DNA of 64,000 bases, taken from contig JAFVVH010000019.1 of the NCBI GenBank assembly GCA_017502285.1, forward strand, positions 34,432 to 98,431. The letters are read 5' to 3'. The notes beneath the pieces are model-generated. The model worked only from the letters and a program-made list of their open reading frames with translations. It was not told where the DNA came from and ran no database searches. Shown in pieces: positions 17,659-29,694 of the stretch. The stretch's first letter is position 1. Every line of letters starts with the position of its first letter. This DNA is from Oscillospiraceae bacterium (GTDB lineage Bacteria > Bacillota > Clostridia > Oscillospirales > Oscillospiraceae). A program made the translations under genes and the position numbers.

Positions 17659-17967
17659 TTAAAGAATATCCGCGCCAACCGCCCGCTCCACCGCGGTCTT
17701 AATATTGGCCATGCCAATACCAAGAGAGCCCTCTTTCCCGGGGATGAGAATGATGGCAGGAGTCAGCTCGTCCTTGTAGCGGGCGATTTCTCCGCTCAGT
17801 CCGGCGGCCAGCTGCTCGGTCAGGTAGATGATGGCATACCCCTCTTTGGCCAGACGGTGGAGCACAGGTCTTGCCTGCTCCGGACCATCGGCCGAGAATA
17901 CATCAAGGCCCAGCGCCCGAAAACCCAGTATGCTGTCCTTGTCGCCCAGTACGGCGATCTTATACAT
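17659..17967 (-). CDS. V/A-type ATPase subunit F
   Basis: MYKIAVLGDKDSILGFRALG...ERAVGADIL; SD GGGAGGTG. Confidence 0.93.
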   Translation of the reverse strand: MYKIAVLGDKDSILGFRALGLDVFSADGPEQARPVLHRLAKEGYAIIYLTEQLAAGLSGEIARYKDELTPAIILIPGKEGSLGIGMANIKTAVERAVGADIL

Positions 17968-17984
17968 CTGCATCCACCTCCCGG

Positions 17985-18950
17985 TCAAATATAGCTCTTG
18001 CGCAGCCGCTGGCGGATCACGTCACCGTTCATTCCGGCCATGCGTCCTGCCATAACGGTGCGGATGGCGGTCAGCTCCGCCTCTCTGGCAAACAGGTAAC
18101 CGGCCACCACTTCCTCTCCGAAGGGGGTGCGGCGGGCCTTATCCTGATATGCCATCAAAGCGTTGTCACATTCCCGCTCAAAGGCAGTCAGCGCACCCGT
18201 GCCCGGCTTAGCCAGCTCATCGGCCATTTGGGCCGCCTCAGCCAGCGGACCCACCCGAAACGGCTCGCCCACCTCGCGCACACGCAGCAGCGTGTCTACG
18301 CTCACATTTCCGCCCGCTATGAGCACCTGCTTCAAAAAGTCCGGCCCCTTTTCCAGTCGGGCACAGCGCACTCTTGAGCGCAGATTGGCCGTGTCGATGG
18401 CAAGGCGCACATACCCCTGTAAAAAGTCGCTGCCGCACTCCTTTGCCAGCAACCCCATCTCTTCAAAGCAGGCCTTATCCAGCAGCAGATCTGCCTGCTG
18501 GGGGTCTGCGGTGTCGTCCAGACAGGCCTGTGCTTGCTCTACAGCTCGGCGGAAAAAGTCTCCCCATTGTTCCGGCTGCTCCGGGTCGTACCGGCCGCCG
18601 GACACCAGCAGCCGCTTGGCCTGCTGGCCGGTGGCTTTGGCCTTGAGCAGCACTTTGGCATTGTGATAGTCGTACTTCAGACGGAAAATATCCAGCATAC
18701 GCCCATCGGGAACGGCGGCGGCAAGCTCGGCAAACAGCCCCTCACGGGCCGCGCTGAGTGAGCGCTCCAGACCGGCGGGATCGGCAGCATTCAGCTCGCC
18801 GTAGCCGCACTCGGCCAGTACCTTCAGCGCCTCGCCGTTGTCCAGGGCATCCACCATTCGCTCCAGCCGCTCACGGGTGAGCAGTCGGGTCTCCATGGCC
18901 CGCACTCGGGCGGATATGCTCAGATAATCCGTATCCTTTTTGTGAGACAA
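17985..18950 (-). CDS. ntpC: V/A-type ATPase subunit C (d)
   Basis: YLSISARVRAMETRLL, YDYHNAKVLLK, IRQRLRKSY; TTG start with SD GAGGAGG. Confidence 0.88.
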   Translation of the reverse strand: MSHKKDTDYLSISARVRAMETRLLTRERLERMVDALDNGEALKVLAECGYGELNAADPAGLERSLSAAREGLFAELAAAVPDGRMLDIFRLKYDYHNAKVLLKAKATGQQAKRLLVSGGRYDPEQPEQWGDFFRRAVEQAQACLDDTADPQQADLLLDKACFEEMGLLAKECGSDFLQGYVRLAIDTANLRSRVRCARLEKGPDFLKQVLIAGGNVSVDTLLRVREVGEPFRVGPLAEAAQMADELAKPGTGALTAFERECDNALMAYQDKARRTPFGEEVVAGYLFAREAELTAIRTVMAGRMAGMNGDVIRQRLRKSYI

Positions 18951-18967
18951 GGTATCCCTCCTCACCC

Positions 18968-19657
18968 TCAGGCAAACAAAATGTCAGCCACTTCTTTTTC
19001 CAGCTTCTCCCGCTGCATGCGTACCAGCGTTTCAAAGGCACAGTTGACCTCCACCTCGCCGTCGCTCATAACGAAACCGGCCCGGATGGGTCTGGTCTGC
19101 TCACTGAGGGTGAGCATTCCAGTACCGGTCACCTTGGCCGCGGTGGTCTGGATCACCTTGTCCAGAAACGCGCCCACCTTGCCCTCGCCCAGACTGTCGG
19201 GCAGGGCAGGGACAGCGTCCTTCACCAGCAGCTCGTTGGCGGCCATGACCGCCTGCTTGCCCACTCGGGCGCGGTCCCGCTCGGAGAAGATCATCTGCTC
19301 CCTGCCGCTGACCGCGGCTTTGGCGGCAAGGGCCGCCAGCAGATCAATGTATTCCTGTTCCGGCAGACCGCACAGGTCGTCCAGCGCCTTTTCAAAGGCC
19401 TCGCCCAGCACCTGTTGTCTGGCGGCCAGCTCCAGCTTGCGCCGCTCCATCTGTGCGGCGGAGTCCAACCGTTCCAGCCGTTCAGCCGCGGCCTTTTCGC
19501 CCCGGCTCACAATGTCCACGCACTCCCGCTGGGCCTGCTTGTCATACTCGTCGCGGATGGCCTGCACTCTTTCCCGGGCCTGTGCGTCTGCGGCCTGCGC
19601 GTCATTGCGCGCGTCCTCCAGAATGCGCCCGGTGATCTTTTCGATTCCGTCCATCAT
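18968..19657 (-). CDS. ntpE: V/A-type ATPase subunit E
   Basis: MDGIEKITGRILEDA coiled coil; EVNCAFETLV; operon position. Confidence 0.88.
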   Translation of the reverse strand: MMDGIEKITGRILEDARNDAQAADAQARERVQAIRDEYDKQAQRECVDIVSRGEKAAAERLERLDSAAQMERRKLELAARQQVLGEAFEKALDDLCGLPEQEYIDLLAALAAKAAVSGREQMIFSERDRARVGKQAVMAANELLVKDAVPALPDSLGEGKVGAFLDKVIQTTAAKVTGTGMLTLSEQTRPIRAGFVMSDGEVEVNCAFETLVRMQREKLEKEVADILFA

Positions 19658-19726
19658 GTTCTTCCTTTCCTGCTCAATGATCGTCTATTCACGCCTCGCC
19701 TGTTCGCGACGGCTCAAACGCTATCA

Positions 19727-22162
<2,436 letters not shown>

Positions 22163-22163
<1 letters not shown>

Positions 22164-22477
22164 TACTCGTTCACGACCCTTTCTGTGATAAGTGCCGCAG
22201 CCCTGTCCAAACGGGTGCGGGCGGAGCGGATCAGCTCGTCACAATCCTGCCTCGCCTCGTCCAGCAGCCGGGCGGTCTTTGCCGCGCCCTGCTGCTCAGC
22301 TTCGGTCATCATCTGCTTGGCCTGCTCATAAGCAGCCGCGCGGGCATCATCCAGCGCCTGCTTTCCTTCCCGCTCGGCCTGCAAAACGGTCTGCCGCGCG
22401 GCGGCGGCGGCCTGCTCGCGCAGCTGCCTGCCCTCCTGCTCTGCCTGAGTTACCTTTTGGATGGCTTCCAGTGCCAT
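22163..22477 (-). CDS. V/A-type ATPase subunit G/H (peripheral stalk)
   Basis: Ala/Glu/Gln coiled coil MALEAIQKVTQAE...ITERVVNE; first gene of operon. Confidence 0.8.
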
Positions 22478-22584
22478 ATTCATCCCCCTTTTCAAATACA
22501 AGATGATGGCCGGCATTTTGCCGACCTTTTGTTAGTTTTTAGCTTGCGCTTATTGTATCGTAAAGCCTATATTGGCGCAAAGTT

Positions 22585-22614
22585 ATTTTACCATAATTTT
22601 CACGTGATATACAA
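22585..22614 (-). promoter_or_regulatory. Putative SigA promoter of V-ATPase operon
   Basis: TTGTAT-18-TAAAAT with extended TG. Confidence 0.5.
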
Positions 22615-22697
22615 CCCCATTTTGTTGATTTTAATAAAAACGTGCAGCTCGGAAACCGCGCGAAAAAGGTCTCTTTGCGCAAAGGGCCCTTTCTGCG

Positions 22698-22750
22698 CCC
22701 CCTCATCCGCCATTTACTTCGCAAATGCCACCTTTCCCCAAGGGAAAGGC
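22698..22750. repeat. Short intergenic double-hairpin element (REP-like)
   Basis: CCCTCATCCG-[CATTT..AAATG]-CCA-[CCTTTCCC-CAA-GGGAAAGG]; one copy in this window. Confidence 0.4.
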
Positions 22751-22752
22751 AT

Positions 22753-22785
22753 AAAAACAGCGGGCGGCCCGAAGGCCGCCCGCTG
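22753..22785 (-). terminator. Terminator of large SLH protein gene
   Basis: CAGCGGGCGGCC-TTCG-GGCCGCCCGCTG-TTTTT on minus strand. Confidence 0.85.
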
Positions 22786-22840
22786 CAGGGGGTGTGCAAA
22801 TGGAGTCTCGCTCCAACCGGAGTCCGGTTAAATCTTAGAG

Positions 22841-25800
22841 TCAGGGCATGTCTACAATAACCAAGGCGGTAACGGTACCAGCAATGTTCTTATAACCGCT
22901 CTGGCTGGTATAAACCGCGTCGGCGGAGTAGGTGTTGACAAGGCCGACCGTATTGTTGTTGGCCGTCAGCCGTTCAAGATCCGCGCGTGTGGCGATCGCC
23001 TTGCTCGGGTCGTTCTGAGCCTCTGCACGCAGGTCCAAAATAAGGCTGTTTGCATCATCGAGGATCAGGTAGGGACCGACCTCGTGACCCGCTCTGTACT
23101 TGGAGTTGACATTGACGCCGCAATCCTCGGCAAAGTCAAGCGCACAAGAGCTGGTGTGATTCGAATGGTCATTGATTATGATCGCCTTCGCGTTATCGTT
23201 CGTCGTGGTCTTGTAGATAAAGTCGTGGTAGCCGTACCGGTCGGCACCGTTAGATCCGGAGGCGGTCACATTGTAGATGCAGGTAAGGATGCCAGAGGCA
23301 TCGACCTCCCAGAAGCGTCCGGTGGCATAGTTCGCCGCAAAGTCATCGGGGCAAGAAGCATCGGCAGGAACGAAGATGTCAACCGGATCACCAGCCTTCA
23401 GCTTGGCGTTCTGGGTGTCGATCACATAGCCCTCAACCACGGAGGCGGCCTCGGTCACAGTGCCGGGGATGAAGAACACATCGCCGGCCTGAGGCACATA
23501 GGCGAAGATGCCCTCGACCTCGGAGTCCTGTTTGCCGATGGTGAAGGACAGACCGTCCTGCAGCACACCGTCCACCTTAATGGCGGCCAGAGAGTAAGCA
23601 TCGTCGCCAGTAGCAGTACCAGTCACAGTGACCTCTTTGCCATTCAATCCGCCTGTAACGGGGTTGCCGTCAATGAGGAAGGTGAGTTCACCACCGGTGC
23701 TGACGTCCGTCAAGGAATAGTTCTGGCCGAAGATGGCGGTAACGGTGTGATTGCCGGTGACCACAAAGGTGTTGCCGTCGATGGGTTCGCCGTCCACCAC
23801 AACACTCACAAAGGTGTAGCCGGCGGCGGGAGTGGCGGTAACGGTAACGGTCTTGCCGACCTGAGACTCGTTCTTGTCCACGGACACGGTACCGCTTCCG
23901 TCCTCGGGCTGAACCTCGTCAATATTATAGAGGGTGGTGTCCTCACCGTAGGTAACGACAACGGCATGGTCGCCCTTGACAGTGAAGGTATAGACGTTGT
24001 CGTCCACCTTGGTGGCGGGCTCGCCGTCCACAGTGACTCCGGTCACCTGATAGCCAAGCACAGGCTCGCAGGTCACGGTGACCAGATCGCCGGCGTAGTC
24101 CTTGTCCTCGGTCTCGCCATCCATCAGGGAGTCCATGGTCACGGAGCCACGGCTCTCGTCCCAATTGGCGGTCACATTGTAGTAAGGCAGCTGTTTGAAC
24201 TCAGCGGTGACGGTGTGGTCGCCTCTGACGGTGAAGAAGCTGCCGGCGACGTCCTTGCCGTCCACCATGATCTTGACCAGCTTGTAGCCATGGATGGGAG
24301 TGGCGGTGACCTTAACGCTGTCGCCCACGGGAGCAGCTTCCTTATTCACTTCCACGGTACCGTGCTCGTTGGCGGGAACGGTTATGATACCATTGGTGGT
24401 GGTGAAGTCGGACTTGGGAGGCAGCACGATGATGACCTCAGCGGTGCTGCTGCCGGGAACGTAGATGTTGACCACGGCATTGCCTGCCCGGGTCTGGACC
24501 CCGATCTCGTCCAGATCTTCGATGCTGTCGTAGCCTCTGCCGGTCAGGTCAAGGATGGTGGCATCGGCAGCAACGGTCAGATTCTTGGCAGCTTCCTGGT
24601 TAGTGTCGGTAGTGTCCTCGCACTTATATTCGTTGGCATATCCACACTTCGCACCGCTTCCGGTATGACCAACGCCCGCACCGGTTTCCAGCGCTCTGGT
24701 TGCACTGTTCCAGTTGACGATCTGGTCGTGGTAGGTAAACACACCACTGTTACTGCCAATGGCACCCTGCACGGCTCGCATTCCGTCGGAGCCGGTCAGC
24801 ATCTTCCAGAAGCGACCAAAGGTATTACCCGTGCTGCCCGCAGCAACACTCGTGCTGCTGTACCATGTGGAGTCGCTGGAGGTCTTGATCAGCACGATCT
24901 CGTTAGCAGGCACACCTTCGACGTTCATGACATAGCCTTCCACCACGTCGCCGGCCTTGACAGTGCCGGGAACGAAGATCACGTCGTATCTGCTGGTAGC
25001 AGTATCTCTTGTGGGCACAAAGTTATAAACGAAGGTCAGAGTGATATTGCCCTGAGCATCCTTGGTGGCGGTGTAGTAGTACTCGCCTGTTTCGACTACA
25101 TCAGCATAAGCCTGAGCCTCATACACGGCCTGGACATACTTGAACTCGAAGGAGCCATCCGCGCCATCCTTCGTGCCAGTAGTGGTACCACCGGCGGGGT
25201 TGGCCTTCTCGGTCAGTTTGATGATGTCGCCTTCACGCACATTGGCATTGCCGCGCGTGGTGATGATGAAGAAGGTGGCCTTGCCGTCAACAACGATGGC
25301 ACTGACGCTGTAGGTGCCGCCCTTCGCCTGTTCCTGGGCATAGTCAGCCGCAAGGGTAGCGGGGCTGGTGATGCCGGCTTCGGTCTTGGCGATGACGGTG
25401 GCAGCATTGACGGTGAAGCTGCTGCCCTCGGCGGTAGTAACGGTAACGTTGCTGCCGGAAGGGGTCATGCCGTTGACGGTCTCGTTCACGAGGTACTGGT
25501 CACCCTCGCTGGCAACCAGATACTTCTCCTGGTTATTAAAGACCATGGTAGCAAAGCCTTCCACGGTGCTGTTCTGGGTCAGCGCGATGGCGGTCTTGTT
25601 GCCGTCCACGGTGGAGTAGGCCACGGTGGAGGAACCGGCCTTGCCCGCGGGAGCGGTCACGTACACCTCAACATCCTCCATGGGAGTCTTGTAGGCGCTG
25701 GTGATGTAGATGGCATAGGTCGTGGAGTCACCTGTATAAGAGTCGAAGTTCACCACGTACTTGTTCCCGACCAGGGTACGCAGCTGCTCCAGCGTGGTGA

Positions 25801-28480
25801 TGGTGCCAACACCGCTCTCCTTGATGTTGTCCTCACTGCGCAGGTCCACGATCTTGGCGCTCTTGGCCGTGGTGTTGGTAGGAGTCTCCATCTTCGAGGT
25901 GCTGCTGGTGTTATAGTTGGGGTCATATGCGTTGAGCCTGCCGGCGCTGGTGACGCCGGTGAGCACCATGCTCATGTATGTGCTGTCGTTGGGGGAGTCG
26001 GACAGCTTATAACGGCCGTCCTCATCCACGGTGTACTCCTTGAAGCCGGCGGTCACGGCGGTACCGGCGATCACAACGATCTCAATGGGCTCGGCAGTTT
26101 TGGCCACATAAGCCTGATACACGTCGCCGCCGGGTGCAGTGCCCATAGGCTTGCTGTCAGCCACGTAGATGGTGGGATTGTCGGCAGACAGGTCCTCGGG
26201 GTCCTTCAGGAACACCGTCATGACCACCTGGATAAAGCCGTCGCTCTCCACAGTAAACAACATGGGCAGGGTGAAGGTGCTGTTGCCGGCCAGGGAAACA
26301 CTGAAGTCCTGACCACCGGCGGCGCACTTGAGCTCCTCGCCCTTTTCACCGTGCACCATCAGGAACTGGGTGGCATCGGTGTAGTAGGTGCGGAAGGTGT
26401 TCTTATCCTTGCTGTTATCGTCGTTATAGCTGTGGTAGGCGCTGCCGCCGGCAAATCCTTTACAGCTGGTGGTACAGACGTGGTTGTTGCTGGTGCTGGC
26501 GGGAACCTTGATGCTGCTGCCGCCCCAGCGGTTGGCACCGTAGAACAGGTTCTCGGCATAGGTCCAGCCGTTATCCATCTCAGTACCCATGTTTGATCTC
26601 AGACCAACGGGGCTGACGGTCTTGATGCCGGCCTTCTTGGCCTCGCTGTTATTGGGGTCGGTAGGATCGTTATAATCCTCGAGCACATAGAAGCCCTCGG
26701 TATAAGCGGAGATGCCGTTATTCCAGTCGAAGTTGCCGTCCAGCGTCACACCGGTGGCCGGACGCTCCTCGGCCAGCAGGTAGTGCTCTTCCTTACCCTG
26801 AACGTTGACAGCCTGCAGGACGTACTGGACGGTCTTGGCGCCGTAGCTGTCCTTGATGGTCTTCTGGAAAGCGCCCTTGGCATAGACGATCTTGTTCACG
26901 TCAATGTCGCTGCTGCCGCCCTCAGACAGCTTCCAGCCCACGACCAGGTTGTCCTGAGTGACATACATAACGTACTGCTCGCCGTACTCGAAGGTGCTGC
27001 TGTCCACAGCAATGGTCAGTTCGGCACCGGCGGTGTAGTTGTTGGCCGCGCCGAAGGCAACGTACTCCTGACCGTTCAGGGTCAGAACATCCTCGCCATC
27101 GCTGTTCTTACCGGTCTTGCTGATCGTGCCCTTCATGGGGTCAACGGGGGAAAGGACATACTGATCCTTGGCCTTGACGAAGGTGACAAAGTCATCCTTT
27201 TTAGCGCCGAGATACAGAGTAATATCCTCTTCGGCGATGGTCTCGTACATACCGCCCAGCATGTAGGTCTTCTCGCCATCAAACTCGCTGATGGAGGCGA
27301 TGTAGCTGGCGTACCGAGTGGCAGGCTTCAGGTAGGCAACGATCTTGTTGTCGTTGATGACGTAGGTACCGGCATCAGCAACAGAACCGGCGGTATAGCT
27401 GCCGGTGATGGTGGTAGCCTCGGAGAGGTTGTAATCGTTCTCGAAAACCAAGACGCTTTCGGCGGGCACATAGTTTTTGCCGAAGGCAGCCTTGAATTCC
27501 TTGGCAGCCTCGATGTCCTCGCTCACGGTAACGACCTCGGACTCGTCAACCACGGTGTAGACCTTGTAAGCGTCCACGGACTGGTTGGACTTGGGGACCT
27601 GATAGTACACGGAAACATAGTGGCCGATCATGTCCAGACCGGTCTCCACGTCAAAGTCAACGTCGCCCACCACGGTGTAGTCAGCACCGGTGGCCTGGTT
27701 GTCGGTGACAAAGCCGGTCTCGATCTTCAGGTTATAGACCTTCTTGGCCAGAGTATCCTCAGCGGGAGTCACGGTAAGGCTCTCCGCATTCTCAACACCG
27801 ACGGTGGTCATAGCGTCCTCCAGAGAGGGGAACTCAAGGGTCTTTCCACCGGGAGTGGTGTAGGTATAGGTGTTGGAGCCGGAGGGGCTGTACTGCAGGC
27901 CTTCCAGCACGATCACGGCCAGCTGATCACGGATCAGGGCGGTGTTGGTGGCGGGAGCGGGCTTCAGATCGCCAAACAGCTTCATCTCGGTAGCCTTGGC
28001 CATCACGGTGTTGGGCCACTCGCCCTCGCCGGCGTCCACCTTCAGAGCGTTGATAATCATGGTCACTGCTTCAGCAGTGGTGACCTGATTACCGGGCTTG
28101 AAGGTGCCGTCGCCGTAACCCTTGACAACGCCCATCTGGAAGCAGGCGTTGATGTAGCCCTCGGCCCAGCCACCCTCGAAGGCAGCGGTGTCGGGGAAGG
28201 GGTTGCCGGCGCCCTTAAAGGAATCGGCATTGAAATCGGAGCCGTACATCATCTTGACGATGATGGTGGCCATCTGGGCACGGGTCACGGTGCCCTGGGG
28301 GTTGAATTTGCCGTCAGAGCCGGCAAACAGTCCCATGCCGGCAGTGATGTCAACGGCTTCGGTGTTGACGATCTGATCGGCATCGGCGAAGTTGTTCGCA
28401 GCGCCGGTGGGAATGGTCAGCATGCCAAGCAGCATGACCATGGCCAGAACCAGGCTGAGAACGCGCTTCATGTTTCTCAT
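22841..28480 (-). CDS. Large S-layer/surface protein (1879 aa): signal peptide, N-terminal SLH repeats, duplicated Cys/His domain flanking four InlB-B-repeat-like (Flg_new) domains
   Basis: SD AAAGGAGG; MRNMKRVLSLVLAMVMLLG; FADADQI, TRAQMA, GYGDGTFKPG; repeats of VTVTATP..GY....V.VDG. Confidence 0.85.
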   Translation of the reverse strand: MRNMKRVLSLVLAMVMLLGMLTIPTGAANNFADADQIVNTEAVDITAGMGLFAGSDGKFNPQGTVTRAQMATIIVKMMYGSDFNADSFKGAGNPFPDTAAFEGGWAEGYINACFQMGVVKGYGDGTFKPGNQVTTAEAVTMIINALKVDAGEGEWPNTVMAKATEMKLFGDLKPAPATNTALIRDQLAVIVLEGLQYSPSGSNTYTYTTPGGKTLEFPSLEDAMTTVGVENAESLTVTPAEDTLAKKVYNLKIETGFVTDNQATGADYTVVGDVDFDVETGLDMIGHYVSVYYQVPKSNQSVDAYKVYTVVDESEVVTVSEDIEAAKEFKAAFGKNYVPAESVLVFENDYNLSEATTITGSYTAGSVADAGTYVINDNKIVAYLKPATRYASYIASISEFDGEKTYMLGGMYETIAEEDITLYLGAKKDDFVTFVKAKDQYVLSPVDPMKGTISKTGKNSDGEDVLTLNGQEYVAFGAANNYTAGAELTIAVDSSTFEYGEQYVMYVTQDNLVVGWKLSEGGSSDIDVNKIVYAKGAFQKTIKDSYGAKTVQYVLQAVNVQGKEEHYLLAEERPATGVTLDGNFDWNNGISAYTEGFYVLEDYNDPTDPNNSEAKKAGIKTVSPVGLRSNMGTEMDNGWTYAENLFYGANRWGGSSIKVPASTSNNHVCTTSCKGFAGGSAYHSYNDDNSKDKNTFRTYYTDATQFLMVHGEKGEELKCAAGGQDFSVSLAGNSTFTLPMLFTVESDGFIQVVMTVFLKDPEDLSADNPTIYVADSKPMGTAPGGDVYQAYVAKTAEPIEIVVIAGTAVTAGFKEYTVDEDGRYKLSDSPNDSTYMSMVLTGVTSAGRLNAYDPNYNTSSTSKMETPTNTTAKSAKIVDLRSEDNIKESGVGTITTLEQLRTLVGNKYVVNFDSYTGDSTTYAIYITSAYKTPMEDVEVYVTAPAGKAGSSTVAYSTVDGNKTAIALTQNSTVEGFATMVFNNQEKYLVASEGDQYLVNETVNGMTPSGSNVTVTTAEGSSFTVNAATVIAKTEAGITSPATLAADYAQEQAKGGTYSVSAIVVDGKATFFIITTRGNANVREGDIIKLTEKANPAGGTTTGTKDGADGSFEFKYVQAVYEAQAYADVVETGEYYYTATKDAQGNITLTFVYNFVPTRDTATSRYDVIFVPGTVKAGDVVEGYVMNVEGVPANEIVLIKTSSDSTWYSSTSVAAGSTGNTFGRFWKMLTGSDGMRAVQGAIGSNSGVFTYHDQIVNWNSATRALETGAGVGHTGSGAKCGYANEYKCEDTTDTNQEAAKNLTVAADATILDLTGRGYDSIEDLDEIGVQTRAGNAVVNIYVPGSSTAEVIIVLPPKSDFTTTNGIITVPANEHGTVEVNKEAAPVGDSVKVTATPIHGYKLVKIMVDGKDVAGSFFTVRGDHTVTAEFKQLPYYNVTANWDESRGSVTMDSLMDGETEDKDYAGDLVTVTCEPVLGYQVTGVTVDGEPATKVDDNVYTFTVKGDHAVVVTYGEDTTLYNIDEVQPEDGSGTVSVDKNESQVGKTVTVTATPAAGYTFVSVVVDGEPIDGNTFVVTGNHTVTAIFGQNYSLTDVSTGGELTFLIDGNPVTGGLNGKEVTVTGTATGDDAYSLAAIKVDGVLQDGLSFTIGKQDSEVEGIFAYVPQAGDVFFIPGTVTEAASVVEGYVIDTQNAKLKAGDPVDIFVPADASCPDDFAANYATGRFWEVDASGILTCIYNVTASGSNGADRYGYHDFIYKTTTNDNAKAIIINDHSNHTSSCALDFAEDCGVNVNSKYRAGHEVGPYLILDDANSLILDLRAEAQNDPSKAIATRADLERLTANNNTVGLVNTYSADAVYTSQSGYKNIAGTVTALVIVDMP

Positions 28481-28567
28481 GGGTACTCCTCCTTTGTAAT
28501 GTAGGTGATTCAGGTCCATCGCCTCGTTGCCAAAAAAGACAAAAGGTCCCTATTTCCCTTCTATCGT

Positions 28568-28596
28568 ATTCTACTTGATGTCCCTGCATTTGTCAA
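28568..28596 (-). promoter_or_regulatory. SigA promoter of S-layer gene
   Basis: TTGACA-17-TAGAAT. Confidence 0.7.
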
Positions 28597-28704
28597 TGCG
28601 CTGTCCGGATTATTTTTTGTCGTTTTTCTTTCATCCCACACCTGATTGCGCCGTTTTTGCCAGCGGCAGAAAAAAGACCGCAGAGCACCCAGCTCCGCGG
28701 TCGG

Positions 28705-28980
28705 TCAATTCGCATTTATTTCTACCTCGTCCGGTCCGGACGGACGGGGCTGCTGTATGATATCCAAGGGCATGGAAACATCCCCCGCGCCCCCCTGCTC
28801 ACGCTGAAAGAAGGGCAGTTCCAGCCGGATACCGTCGTCCGTATACACGATGTAGCGCTGGGCAAGCATCAATCCCGCCGCCGACAGCAGCGCCAGCAGT
28901 ACCAGCAGCACCGCGGCGATCTTCAGCACGTCACGCGCTCCGGGCCGTCCCCGGTAGCCACTGTATCTTCCGCGCCCCAC
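28705..28980 (-). CDS. Small single-TM hypothetical protein (possibly truncated)
   Basis: SD AAAGGAGG + GTG; GRGRYSGYRGR, TM, YIVYTDDGIRLELPF. Confidence 0.6.
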   Translation of the reverse strand: MGRGRYSGYRGRPGARDVLKIAAVLLVLLALLSAAGLMLAQRYIVYTDDGIRLELPFFQREQGGAGDVSMPLDIIQQPRPSGPDEVEINAN

Positions 28981-29079
28981 AGCGCCGCCTCCTTTCCGTA
29001 CACTCGTTGTGCGCACATTGTAACATACAATACCCCGGACCGCAACAGAGCTTTTGTCGAAGGGCGGCCCCGGGCCGCC

Positions 29080-29511
29080 TTATTCTTCCGCCCGCGCCAG
29101 CGCCGCGTCCAGCTTATCCAGAGCAACACAGATGCCGCTCATCTCCTCGTCGGGCACTTCCCGCAGCAGTCCGGCCAGATACGCACTGACACTGGGCTCC
29201 TTCTTCTCCTGCATAGCGCGGTACCGGTCGGTCAGGGCAACGTAGATGACCCGGCGGTCCTCCTCCGAGCGCACCCGCTCCACCAGCTGCAACTTTTCCA
29301 ACCGGTCCACGATGCCGGACACGGTGCTGTTGGCACTGCCGGTCTGCCGGGCCAGTCGGCTGATGGGCATGGCACCCTCCTCACCCAAAACGGTAAGCAC
29401 AAGAGCCTGAGGAAACGTGAGGTCCAGCTGGCTGAAATAGCTGCGGAACTGCCGGGACATGTGCTGGGTCACCCGCAGGTACGAGCCCAGCAGTTGCTTT
29501 GCCTGCTCCAC
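29080..29511 (-). CDS. MarR family transcriptional regulator
   Basis: LTFPQALVL, STVSGIVDRLEKLQLVERVRSEEDRRVIYVALT; promoter TTGACT-17-TATAGT (29594-29566). Confidence 0.92.
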   Translation of the reverse strand: MEQAKQLLGSYLRVTQHMSRQFRSYFSQLDLTFPQALVLTVLGEEGAMPISRLARQTGSANSTVSGIVDRLEKLQLVERVRSEEDRRVIYVALTDRYRAMQEKKEPSVSAYLAGLLREVPDEEMSGICVALDKLDAALARAEE

Positions 29512-29653
29512 GACGACAACTCCCTTTCTTTCATCAAATCATGTCGATTTTCTTCCATTTCCTTAACTATATCTCCACCAAACAGTGCAGTCAAGATTTA
29601 TTCAAAAAAATTCACAAATTATTTATTCTGACCAAAAATTCCCACCTTTTGAC

Positions 29654-29690
29654 AATAAATCGCACCCGAAACAATTATTTCGGGTGCGAT
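29654..29690 (-). terminator. Hairpin/terminator at end of aro operon
   Basis: ATCGCACCCGAAA / TTTCGGGTGCGAT inverted repeat. Confidence 0.7.
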
Positions 29691-29694
29691 GTTT

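Noticed and set aside
22596-22611. parS-like ATTTTCACGTGATATA
   Set aside because: Only 12/16 match to TGTTTCACGTGAAACA with outer positions lost; lies in a promoter spacer
23084-28504. 1170-aa and 573-aa plus-strand ORFs
   Set aside because: Antisense shadows of the S-layer gene; no SD or recognisable motifs
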